Below are positions 17,048 through 25,556 of a DNA stretch of 64,000 nucleotides, in pieces. Every line of letters starts with the position of its first letter. Position 1 is the first letter of the stretch. This stretch comes from a virus (taxonomy: Duplodnaviria > Caudoviricetes), in the IMG/VR virus record IMGVR_UViG_3300011517_000006, positions 24,476 through 88,475 of that record, one strand, 5' to 3'. The position numbers and the translations under genes were made by a program. The notes beneath the pieces are model-generated. The model was not told the origin of the DNA. It did not search any database and saw only the letters and a list, made by a program, of their open reading frames with translations.

Positions 17048-19024
17048 ATGGCTTCCCCTGCCCTGCGCGAAATGCGCGAGGCCGACTTCCCGGCCGTCGT
17101 GCACACCTACACCGACGTCCTGCGCCTTCTGCGTGATCAGCCGCAAGGCGACGCGGGCCATCTGGCCCGCCTGACCGGCCGTGACGGCTCGAACGTCCGC
17201 CGCGACATGCACAAGCTGGTCGACGCCGGCGTCGTCCAACACGACGGGGCCTGCTGGATCCTGACCGACAAGGGCCGTCAATGGGTCGCCGGCCAGGACG
17301 TGGCCGAGGGTCTGATTTCGCCCGACGGTTCCGCGGTTCCGGTCACCCGCTGTCCCATCGATCAGATCCGGCCCAACCCGGCCAACCGCCCGATCGACCC
17401 CGAGACCATTCCCGACCTGGCCCTGTCGATCATCGGCGCGGACGACGTGCTCCAGCCCCTGATCCTGACCCCGCCCGACGCGAACGGCGTGCGCATGATC
17501 CTGGCCGGCGAGCGTCGCTGGCGCGCTGTCCGCCACATCATGGAAACGGGCAGCACCCTGCCCGCCGCCCTGACGCCCGGCGTCCCCTTCGTCGAGCGCG
17601 AGGCGACCGAGGCCGAGGCTCTGCAGATCACCATCATCGAGAACAGCCAGCGCCAGGACCTCTCGCCATGGGAAGACGCCCAGCTGCTGCTGCAGCTGCA
17701 GGCCGCCACCGGCTGGAACGCCTCCGAGCTGGCCCGCAACATCGGCCGCGCGGCCGAGGGCGAACGCTCCGGGCTGCGCGACGTCCAGACCAAGCTGAAG
17801 GTCGCCCGCGAGGCCTCCCCCGCCGCCATCGCCGCCTATCTCGACAACGGCAGCTGGGACCAGCTGCGCAGCAGCGTCAGCCAGCCCAAGGCCACGACGC
17901 TCTCCGACCAGGTCGCCGAGTACGGCGCGGCCAGCCTCAAGCCCGGCGAACCCACCCCGCTTGAGCAGGCGATCGAGGAGGCGCAGCAGCTTTACACCGT
18001 CGCCGATTTCGGCGTCCCGGCCGATTGGAAGGCCGACGACTTGGGCGCGGCGGCAGCCTGGCTGGAGACCGGCACCCTCGAGATGCTGACCTGCACTGAC
18101 GGCAGGGTCAGCGCCACCATCTATGTGGCTCAGCTCAAAGGCGGCGCTTGCTGGCTGAACGGCACGTCGCACACCGCCGCGACGTCCGGCCACTCCTCCA
18201 GCCTGAATGGCGTCTGGAGATCCGCCGCCCCGGCCTTCGTGAGCCGGAAACGCGCGATTGAAGCGGCCGCCGCCTACCTCAAGCTCACCTACGGGGCGCA
18301 CCTGACCAAGCGCATCCGGGATTGGCTCAGCGACCCAGAAGGCGCGCCGACCGGCCCCCATGTTGTAAACGGGATCGACTACGGCAACGCCACCCGCGCA
18401 AACGAAGCGCGCTACGCCGCCGGCATCCTCCAGCGCCCGGCCGCCAACTACGGCTCAGCATCCCGCAGGGATCCGCCCGCGCCCGCCGCCGAACCCGGCG
18501 ACGCCGACACGCCCGCGCCGGCGTCCTCCGCCCGCGAAGAACTGGCCGAACAACGCCTCGAGCGCCTCGGCGCGGCCCTGCAGGTCCTGACCGAGCGGCT
18601 CGAGCCCCTGCTCGCCGTCCTGCGCGGCGACCGCACCGACGACGGCCTGGTCACGCTCGAGACCGACGACGCCGAGTACTACGAGCGCGAGATCTCCGAG
18701 GCCTGTCAGTGGGCCGAGGACGCCCTGGCCGACACCAGCACCGTCTTCGACGGCTGGGGCGAGGAGACGCCGCGCCCGGACCTGGGCGCGCCTGCCGTGC
18801 CGATCCGCCAGTCGATCACGGCGGACCACATCGTCTGTCTCGAGGACGGCCGCAAGTTCAAGTCGCTGAAGCGCCACCTGCGCACCCGCTACAACCTCTC
18901 GCCGGAAGAGTACCGCCGGCGCTGGGGTCTCCCGGCCGACTACCCCATGGTCGCGCCCAACTACGCCAAGGCGCGCGAGGATCTGGTCCGCCGGATGGCC
19001 CTCGGCCTGGCGGGGACGCGCTGA
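17048..19024 (+). CDS. wHTH-ParB-MucR(Ros) fusion protein
   Basis: ParB motifs [36 protein letters not shown]; C-terminal [30 protein letters not shown]...[14 protein letters not shown] MucR domain. Confidence 0.85.
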   Translation: MASPALREMREADFPAVVHTYTDVLRLLRDQPQGDAGHLARLTGRDGSNVRRDMHKLVDAGVVQHDGACWILTDKGRQWVAGQDVAEGLISPDGSAVPVTRCPIDQIRPNPANRPIDPETIPDLALSIIGADDVLQPLILTPPDANGVRMILAGERRWRAVRHIMETGSTLPAALTPGVPFVEREATEAEALQITIIENSQRQDLSPWEDAQLLLQLQAATGWNASELARNIGRAAEGERSGLRDVQTKLKVAREASPAAIAAYLDNGSWDQLRSSVSQPKATTLSDQVAEYGAASLKPGEPTPLEQAIEEAQQLYTVADFGVPADWKADDLGAAAAWLETGTLEMLTCTDGRVSATIYVAQLKGGACWLNGTSHTAATSGHSSSLNGVWRSAAPAFVSRKRAIEAAAAYLKLTYGAHLTKRIRDWLSDPEGAPTGPHVVNGIDYGNATRANEARYAAGILQRPAANYGSASRRDPPAPAAEPGDADTPAPASSAREELAEQRLERLGAALQVLTERLEPLLAVLRGDRTDDGLVTLETDDAEYYEREISEACQWAEDALADTSTVFDGWGEETPRPDLGAPAVPIRQSITADHIVCLEDGRKFKSLKRHLRTRYNLSPEEYRRRWGLPADYPMVAPNYAKAREDLVRRMALGLAGTR

Positions 19025-19458
19025 TGTCCGCCCGCCCCTGGATCGAAGGCGCCGCCCTTCTGGCCGCCCATCACCGCGCCGCACCGGCGCCCCGAACTCT
19101 TCACCGCAGGAGCTATCCCGTGTCCCCCGACGTCCGCTTCGCCCTGCTCAGGGCTGACCCCCAGAACCAGCAGTCGGCCAAACCTCTGGCCTTTCCCGAC
19201 ATCGGCGCCCTGGCGCGCCACATTCAGCGCGAACGCGCCGGACGCTCGATCGAGCTGGTCGACATCGAGGACCTGCGCTTCGACGGCGACGCCAACATGC
19301 GCGAGGGCGTCTCGGTCTACGTCCTGGACCTCGGCGGCGATCGCGACGGCCTGATCGGCCACTGCTGGCTTGACGGCCAGGGGCAGGACGCCCTGCGCCA
19401 CGCCCTCGCCCGCAACCAGCTGGCGAGCATCAGCGCCCCTTCGGCGAGGGCCGCCTGA
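19024..19458 (+). CDS. Hypothetical phage protein
   Basis: TGATG-coupled, 144 aa. Confidence 0.55.
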   Translation: MSARPWIEGAALLAAHHRAAPAPRTLHRRSYPVSPDVRFALLRADPQNQQSAKPLAFPDIGALARHIQRERAGRSIELVDIEDLRFDGDANMREGVSVYVLDLGGDRDGLIGHCWLDGQGQDALRHALARNQLASISAPSARAA

Positions 19459-19904
19459 TGGACGGCGCGACCTTCCCCTCCGTCCAGCCCGCGCCCGACC
19501 TCGCCGCCGCCGAGCCGCCCGCCCGCCTGAACCGGCGCCAGGCCGCCAAGCGCAGAACGCGTCAGCGCGTCCTCGCCGCCGCGACCGACCTGTTCAACGA
19601 CGTCGGCTACGCCAAGGGCACCATCCGGGCCATCGCCAAGCGCGCCGGCATGTCCACCGGCGCCGTCTTCGCCAACTTCATCGACAAGGACGACCTCTAC
19701 GTCGCCGCCTTCGGCCACCCGCCGCTGACGCCCGAACAGGGCCTCCGCCTGGCCGCCGCTCTGCGCGAGGCCGAAGCTTTCATCCGCGGCTTCGACGACG
19801 ACCCTCTGCAGGAAGGCGTTCCTGAGCTGCTGCAGGCCATCAAGGCGGTCGTGCCCCCTCCGCCGCCCGCACCGGCTCAGGCGACGGGAGGCGCCGATGC
19901 ATGA
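19458..19904 (+). CDS. TetR-family HTH protein with short, non-canonical C-terminus
   Basis: RQRVLAAATDLFNDVGYAKGTIRAIAKRAGMSTGAVFANFIDKDDL. Confidence 0.8.
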   Translation: MDGATFPSVQPAPDLAAAEPPARLNRRQAAKRRTRQRVLAAATDLFNDVGYAKGTIRAIAKRAGMSTGAVFANFIDKDDLYVAAFGHPPLTPEQGLRLAAALREAEAFIRGFDDDPLQEGVPELLQAIKAVVPPPPPAPAQATGGADA

Positions 19905-20262
19905 CCGCCTGCCTGGGCTACGCGCTCTCGATCATTCACACGGCCCTGATGCGCCTGCTCGGCCGCCGGCGCCTGCTCTGACGGCATCGCCCCCGCCCCC
20001 GGCCTATGTGGACCGGGGCTACCATCCCGGCGGCCGCTGGGAGCGGATCCTGCGCGCCATCCACGATCAGCCGCTGACCGAGACCGAGATCCTGCGCGCC
20101 GTCCACGACGGCCGCTACCCGCGCCGGATCGAGCGCCGCAAGATTCACGCCGCCCTGATCGCCATGACCCGTCAGGGCCTGACGGCGCGCCTGCCGGGTC
20201 GCCCGCCCGCCTTCACCGCCACCGCGCACGGCGTGCGCGTCCTGCATGGAGAGGCCGCGTGA
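19897..20262 (+). CDS. Hypothetical protein, possible winged helix
   Basis: Coupled ORF, 121 aa. Confidence 0.5.
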   Translation: MHDRLPGLRALDHSHGPDAPARPPAPALTASPPPPAYVDRGYHPGGRWERILRAIHDQPLTETEILRAVHDGRYPRRIERRKIHAALIAMTRQGLTARLPGRPPAFTATAHGVRVLHGEAA

Positions 20263-20411
20263 CGCCGCACCTCGATCCCATCCCCGACCGTCATCCGCGC
20301 CTGATCGTCTGGTGCGGATGGTTCCGCCGCGCCGGCTGGTCCGTCCGCGACATCGCCAAGCTCTTCAACATCTCGATCGGCGAGCTGATCGAAGCCGGAG
20401 TCGAACCATGA
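20259..20411 (+). CDS. Small HTH-like protein
   Basis: Read by hand: MTPHLDP...WFRRAGWSVRDIAKLFNISIGELIEAG; GTGA/ATGA-coupled. Confidence 0.5.
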   Translation: MTPHLDPIPDRHPRLIVWCGWFRRAGWSVRDIAKLFNISIGELIEAGVEP

Positions 20412-22143
20412 CCAAGGTCACCCCCAACGGGCCCGGCGCGCGCCCGCTCGCTCAGCTCAAGCGTTTCCGCGCGCTGGAAGACATCCTGATGGGCTTCTCT
20501 GACGGCGTCGACGGCGACCGCCTTCAGGCCGGGCTCACATGGGCCAAGACCGGCCGCGCCGATTGGCGGCGTCAGGACCTGATCAGCCTCTTCGCCGCCC
20601 CGTGGGTCGCAGCCCAGGAAGAGGCGGGCTGGGAAGGCAACCCCACCCTCCAGGGCGAAATGGAGCTGGACGAGATCACGGCCGCCGCCCTGCAATCGGA
20701 TTCCAGCGAAGACTTCGTCGCCAAGCGCGAGGCCGGGGAGATCGACCTTTACGACGATAAGGTGCAGGCGGGCATCGCTTGGACGATGCGTCAGTGGGGC
20801 GAAGCGCTGGGCCTCAAGGCGTGGACGCAAGGAGATGGGTCGGAGAGCGTCGAGGGCGACGTTGGCGCGGAAATCCACACCATCCTGGTCGATGCGGGGC
20901 TACGTGACCCTGAGACGAACAAAATGGCCGCCCTCCGCGTCCAGCCGCAAGCCTCGGCCAACGACCAGCTGACGGCGGATGAGGCGTGGTCGGACCTTCT
21001 CGACAAGGACGACCGCACCTCGCCGGAAGACCAACCGGGAATGTGCCTGATCACTGCTGGCGAACTGGCGGATTACATGGCCCGCGCCCGGCCGCAGCCG
21101 GTGGCTCTGCCGCTGGAAGACGCCCCTCGCGACGGAACGATGTTGCGCCTGCGCGTCCGCTACGAGGCGGCCAATCAGGATGAGGCCTGGACCCCGCTAG
21201 AAGACAGCGAGGAAAGCTGGACTATCGGCTTCAACAACTTCGACAACACGGGCGATGACCGCTGGCAGTTTGTCGGTTGGGACTGGTCGCAAGACCACCT
21301 GTTGGAAGCCACAGGAGGCGCCGTCATCGGCTGGCTTCCCTTCCACACCCACCCCGCCCCCGCGCCGGAAGGCGGGGCGGTGGATGGCTGGCGGGCCATC
21401 GACAGCGCCCCGATTGGCGAGCTTGTGCAGGTCTATTGGCCTTGCATGGCCCTCAACGACGATGGCGAACTCACCGGCGAGATGCTTGACCGCGAGGGCC
21501 ACGTCAGCCTGTCGTTCCGGCATTCTGAAAAGCACGGCTGGGAACCTGACAGTGTGATCGAGGCCAACGGCGATGGTTTGGTGACGACTTCGAGTTCGGT
21601 CAGCCGACCCATTGGAAGCCGCGCCCCTCTCGTCCTTGCACCGCCCTCGCCACCCGCGAGGAAGCCCCGGCAGAGGCGGGGGATAGAGTGGTCCTATCAC
21701 GCGACACAGTTGAACGACTTCTGGCCTGCGCGGATACGATGATGCCTCTGTCTCCCTTGGTGGAGCGCCTGCAAGAAGCCCTCCGCGCCCAGCCGCCAGC
21801 CCGCGAGGATGCGCAGCCGGTGGCGTATTGCTGCCTAGAACATTTGACCCGGATCAGGCGACAGGCTGAAGCCCGCGGAGAGGCATCGTCGGTTATCTAC
21901 GGTTATCCGGCCGGCACATATCAGACGCCCCTTTACACCCACCCCGCCCCCGACGCGCTGCGGGTCGCCATGGAGGCGTTGGAGCCGTTCGCAAAGGGCG
22001 GACACCATCGGACCATGCCCGGTCTCTCGCCGTCCTACACGGTCGCCGACTTTGGAGATGGCGTAGTCGTCACTGTGGCCGACTTCCGCCGCGCCGCCGA
22101 AGCCTTCGCCGCCCTGCAAGCCGAACAGAAAGGCGGTGCGTGA
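20408..22143 (+). pseudogene. Mosaic multi-module (DUF551-like) gene with an apparent 1-nt frameshift near 21575
   Basis: The frame of 20408-21742 loses sense after EANGD; the -1 frame continues WFGDDFEFGQPTHW (DUF551-type PTHW motif) into the 21688-22143 ORF. Confidence 0.6.
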
Positions 22144-22400
22144 TGGCTGATCCTGACTATGAATACGACGACCGGGACGAAGGCGTGACCTGCCCGCGAT
22201 GCATGGGCGATGGATCGGTGTCCTGCCATTGCGGCGGCGACCTGTGCGTCTGCGACAACTACGGCGAGCGCGATTGTCCGGTGTGCTTCGGAGAGGGCGA
22301 GGTATCGCCGGAGCGCGAGGCCCAATACCTCAAAGCCGAAGGTGAGGCGATGGCGGCCATCCGAGCGGCATGGCCCGCCTCGTCGGAGCCTCAACAATGA
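22140..22400 (+). CDS. Cys-rich zinc-binding small protein
   Basis: CPRCMGDG, CHCGGDLCVC, CPVCFGEG. Confidence 0.6.
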   Translation: MMADPDYEYDDRDEGVTCPRCMGDGSVSCHCGGDLCVCDNYGERDCPVCFGEGEVSPEREAQYLKAEGEAMAAIRAAWPASSEPQQ

Positions 22401-22615
22401 GGATCATCGAGAAGAAGCGCGGCTATTTTCGCGGCACGCACAAGGGCTGCACGATCGAGATCGAGCGCGACCGCACGTCAGGCGATGACCGGTGTAAGTT
22501 CTACATCACCGTTCAGGGCGCCGACGGCTGCTACCGTTACGACGGCTGGAGCCCTGAAGGCGTCGAGACCATGGCCCAGGCCAAGCGGGAAGCGATCCGG
22601 GGGGCGTGCCTGTGA
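22397..22615 (+). CDS. Hypothetical phage protein
   Basis: ATGA-coupled. Confidence 0.5.
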   Translation: MRIIEKKRGYFRGTHKGCTIEIERDRTSGDDRCKFYITVQGADGCYRYDGWSPEGVETMAQAKREAIRGACL

Positions 22616-23049
22616 CCCAGACCGACCGCCTTGACGCCGACATCGAGCCCCTCTGGAACCTCTACGAGGTCACCGTCACCGCAGGCGACTACGTGGCGAC
22701 CTCGACCCTCTCGGCCGCCACCCGATCGCGCGCCGTCTACCAGGCTTTCCTCGACTACAGCGACGTCTGGACCGTCAGCTTCCGCGACTTCCTGTCCATG
22801 GTCCGGGTGCGGCGGGTCAGCAGCTGCGCCTATGACGGCTATGCCTATGTCCGCTGCGCCTATGGCGTCGATCCGCGCATCGGCGCCGAGGTCGAGCTGA
22901 TCAACGGAGGCGACTGGACGGGCAAGCGCGGCCAGGTCGTTCACCCCGGCAAGTCGTCCACTGCCTACGTCTACGTCGCCTTCGCCGGCATTCGGCACGC
23001 CGTGCCCTGCCACCCGCGCAGCATCCGCATGATCGAGGCCTCGGCATGA
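22612..23049 (+). CDS. Hypothetical phage protein
   Basis: GTGA-coupled. Confidence 0.55.
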   Translation: MTQTDRLDADIEPLWNLYEVTVTAGDYVATSTLSAATRSRAVYQAFLDYSDVWTVSFRDFLSMVRVRRVSSCAYDGYAYVRCAYGVDPRIGAEVELINGGDWTGKRGQVVHPGKSSTAYVYVAFAGIRHAVPCHPRSIRMIEASA

Positions 23050-23342
23050 ACGGCGATGATGACGACGGCGCCCTGGCCGACCACGACGAGGGCTTCAACG
23101 ACGACGGCCCGACGCTCCGCACCCTGGCCGCCGCGATCCAGTGTTGGTCGATCACCAATCTGTCCGCCCGGGTTCGCGACGTGGGCTGGAAGGCGGCCGT
23201 GGGCCCGACCCTGGGCGAGGCGGCCCTCGCCTTCGCCCTGCCTGTCGAGCGCATCAAGGCCGCCGTCGAATGGCACTACTGGATGTTCCTGACCGGCGAC
23301 GGCGCCGACGCCGACCTGGTCATCGAGCATGAGGGGGAGTGA
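23046..23342 (+). CDS. Hypothetical phage protein
   Basis: ATGA-coupled, acidic. Confidence 0.55.
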   Translation: MNGDDDDGALADHDEGFNDDGPTLRTLAAAIQCWSITNLSARVRDVGWKAAVGPTLGEAALAFALPVERIKAAVEWHYWMFLTGDGADADLVIEHEGE

Positions 23343-23351
23343 ACCTTAGTC

Positions 23352-23522
23352 ATGGCCCCCGCTCCTCGCCGCGTCAGCGAAGCGATCGAGCCCCCTTCCG
23401 GCGGGCTCGATCCCGCCCTGCTGCGCATCATTCAGGCCATGGCCCGTGCGGATGCGCGCCGCGACTTCCAGGCCGCCAGCGCCGCCCCCTTGCCGACCGA
23501 CAGGCTCGCGAGTCACGATTAG
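23352..23522 (+). CDS. Small protein upstream of the serine integrase (possible directionality factor)
   Basis: MAPAPRR...DPALLRIIQAMARADARRDF; function inferred from position only. Confidence 0.4.
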   Translation: MAPAPRRVSEAIEPPSGGLDPALLRIIQAMARADARRDFQAASAAPLPTDRLASHD

Positions 23523-23926
23523 CGCCACGGCCACGGCGACGATCGCCGCCGCCACAATGGCCAGGGCGAACAACCCGACGCCGTTCGAGACTTCCAGATC
23601 GAGGGTGTGATGCAGTTTCACGACGACAATTCCTCAGCGATGACGCCGCCAGTCTCGACCCGTTCGAGATCCGGCAACGCGCTGATCGTCACACCGCCCT
23701 CGAGGGGGGCGGACGCTCAACGCACGCTCAGCCTGTCGTCACGACATGGATTCCAACAATGCACCGTCTTTGTGGGGGCCGCACCGCACAAAAGGCCAAG
23801 CGACCAGACTATGCGACCAGTGAGTTACGGCTGTTTAACCGGCCTTAGGGTCAGGCCCGTCCCGCACCATAAGACGCGGGCAGGGGCTCACATCGCCGAT
23901 CGCGCCCATCGGGAGGGCGGACGGCC

Positions 23927-25555
23927 GTGATCCGCGTCGCCCTTTACGCTCGCTACAGCTCGGACCGACAGAACGAGCGCTCGATCTCCGATCAGTTGAG
24001 CCTCCTGATCCAGCACGCCGGCGCCAAGGGCTGGGCCGTCGTCGGCACCTACACCGACGCCGCCATTTCCGGCTCGGCCATGGCGAATCGCCCCGGGCTT
24101 CTCGCAGCGCTCGCTGCGGCCGAACGGGGCGAGTTCGACCTGCTGCTGGCGGAAGACGAAGACCGTCTCGCCCGCAACCTGGAACACTTGGCGCACGTGG
24201 CCAACCGCCTGGCCGACATCGGCGCCGGCATCGCCACCCTGTCGACGGACCGGGTCCAGGACATGCACGTCGCCTTCAAGGGGCTCATCGCTCAGGACTT
24301 CATTCGCAACCTCAGCATGAAGACCAAGCGCGGTATGGCCTCCAATGCGGAGAAGGGGCTCGCGACCGGCTCGCGCCTTTACGGCTATCGCTCCCAGCCC
24401 GGCGGCGCGGTCGAGATTGTGCCCGACCAGGCCGAGGTGGTCCGGCGCATCTTCTCCATGTACGTCAACGATCGCATGTCCTCGCGCGAGATCGCTGAAC
24501 GCCTCAACCGCGACAGGATACCCTCTCCGGCCGGCCGGGAATGGAACGCCTCATCCATTCAGGGCTCGCGCCAGCGCGCCAACGGCATCCTGCACAGCGA
24601 GATCTACGCCGGCGTAAAGGTCTACAACCGCGTCGAGATGCGAAAGGACCGCCAGACGGGGCGTAAGATCACGATCTGCAAGCCGCCCAGCGAGCACAAG
24701 CGCATCGACGTCCCCCACCTGGCCATCATCGACCAGGACCTGTGGAACGCCGCCCGGCAGCGCCTGGACAGCCGGCAGACGGCCGACCCTTCGCAGCGCG
24801 CAAGCCTGCGGCGGCGCCCGGGCCTGCTGTCCGGGCTGACCAAGTGCGGCTGCTGCGGGGCGTCCTACACCTCACTCAGCCAGGGGCGCCTGGTCTGCGC
24901 CGCCTATCGTGAGAAGGGCGTGTCCGCCTGCAATAACAACCGCCACGTCAAGCGCGCCGAGATCGAGCAGCGCGTGCTGGACGGCCTGCGCACGCGGCTG
25001 CTGGCCCCCGAGGCCATCGCCGCCTACGTCCGCGCCTATCACGCCGCCTGGGCCGAGCAGGCCGCCCAGGTCGAAGACCGCCGCCGCCCTCTGACGCGGC
25101 GGCTGGCCGAGGTCGAGCGCGCGATCGAGCGCGGGGCCGAAGCCCTGCTCTCCGGTGCGACGGCGGCCGCCGTCATCGGCAAGAAGCTCGAAGCCCTCGA
25201 AATCGAACAGGCCCAGCTCAAGGCGACCCTTGAACAGCTCGACGCTGAAGGCGCGCCGCCCGTGCAGCTGCACCCGCGCGCGGCCGAGAACTACGCCCGC
25301 AAGATCGAGCAGCTCCAGGCGCGCCTGGCCGAGGCGGCCGGCAGCACCGACGACGCGGACAGAGACCTGATCGGCAGCGTCAGGGGCCTGATCCAGAAGG
25401 TGGACATCGAGCCGATCAACAAATCGAGAGGATCGCCGGTGCGGGTCACCTTGCACGGTGACCTCGCCCGGTTCGTTCTCCCGCAACACCCACCAGCTAG
25501 TGGGTGTGCGTTGGTGGTTGGAGGCGGGATCGAACCGCCGACCTGTGGGTTATGA
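23927..25555 (+). CDS. Large serine recombinase (integrase of prophage 1)
   Basis: YARYSS catalytic serine, EDEDRLAR, recombinase domain, LSGLTKCGCCG...C...C zinc ribbon, coiled coil. Confidence 0.93.
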   Translation: MIRVALYARYSSDRQNERSISDQLSLLIQHAGAKGWAVVGTYTDAAISGSAMANRPGLLAALAAAERGEFDLLLAEDEDRLARNLEHLAHVANRLADIGAGIATLSTDRVQDMHVAFKGLIAQDFIRNLSMKTKRGMASNAEKGLATGSRLYGYRSQPGGAVEIVPDQAEVVRRIFSMYVNDRMSSREIAERLNRDRIPSPAGREWNASSIQGSRQRANGILHSEIYAGVKVYNRVEMRKDRQTGRKITICKPPSEHKRIDVPHLAIIDQDLWNAARQRLDSRQTADPSQRASLRRRPGLLSGLTKCGCCGASYTSLSQGRLVCAAYREKGVSACNNNRHVKRAEIEQRVLDGLRTRLLAPEAIAAYVRAYHAAWAEQAAQVEDRRRPLTRRLAEVERAIERGAEALLSGATAAAVIGKKLEALEIEQAQLKATLEQLDAEGAPPVQLHPRAAENYARKIEQLQARLAEAAGSTDDADRDLIGSVRGLIQKVDIEPINKSRGSPVRVTLHGDLARFVLPQHPPASGCALVVGGGIEPPTCGL

Positions 25556-25556
25556 A
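25512..25556 (-). tRNA. 3' half of tRNA-Met(CAT) only (att site remnant)
   Basis: Minus strand TTCATAA-CCCAC-AGGTC-GGCGG-TTCGATC-CCGCC-TCCAACC-A-CCA; no 5' anticodon stem, D-arm or 5' acceptor strand. Confidence 0.85.

Larger units (their letters stand above)
1..25556. mobile_element. Prophage 1 (lambda-like head genes, serine integrase); left part outside window
   Basis: Head/terminase, replication, cI/cro and integrase modules in lambdoid order, ending at a tRNA 3' fragment. Confidence 0.9.

Noticed and set aside
16958-18361. 467-aa minus-strand ORF
   Set aside because: Shadow of the ParB-MucR gene
23824-23848. Possible CtrA box near the serine integrase
   Set aside because: Best reading TTAA-N7-TAAC or TTAA-N6-TTAG does not fit TTAA-N7-TTAA
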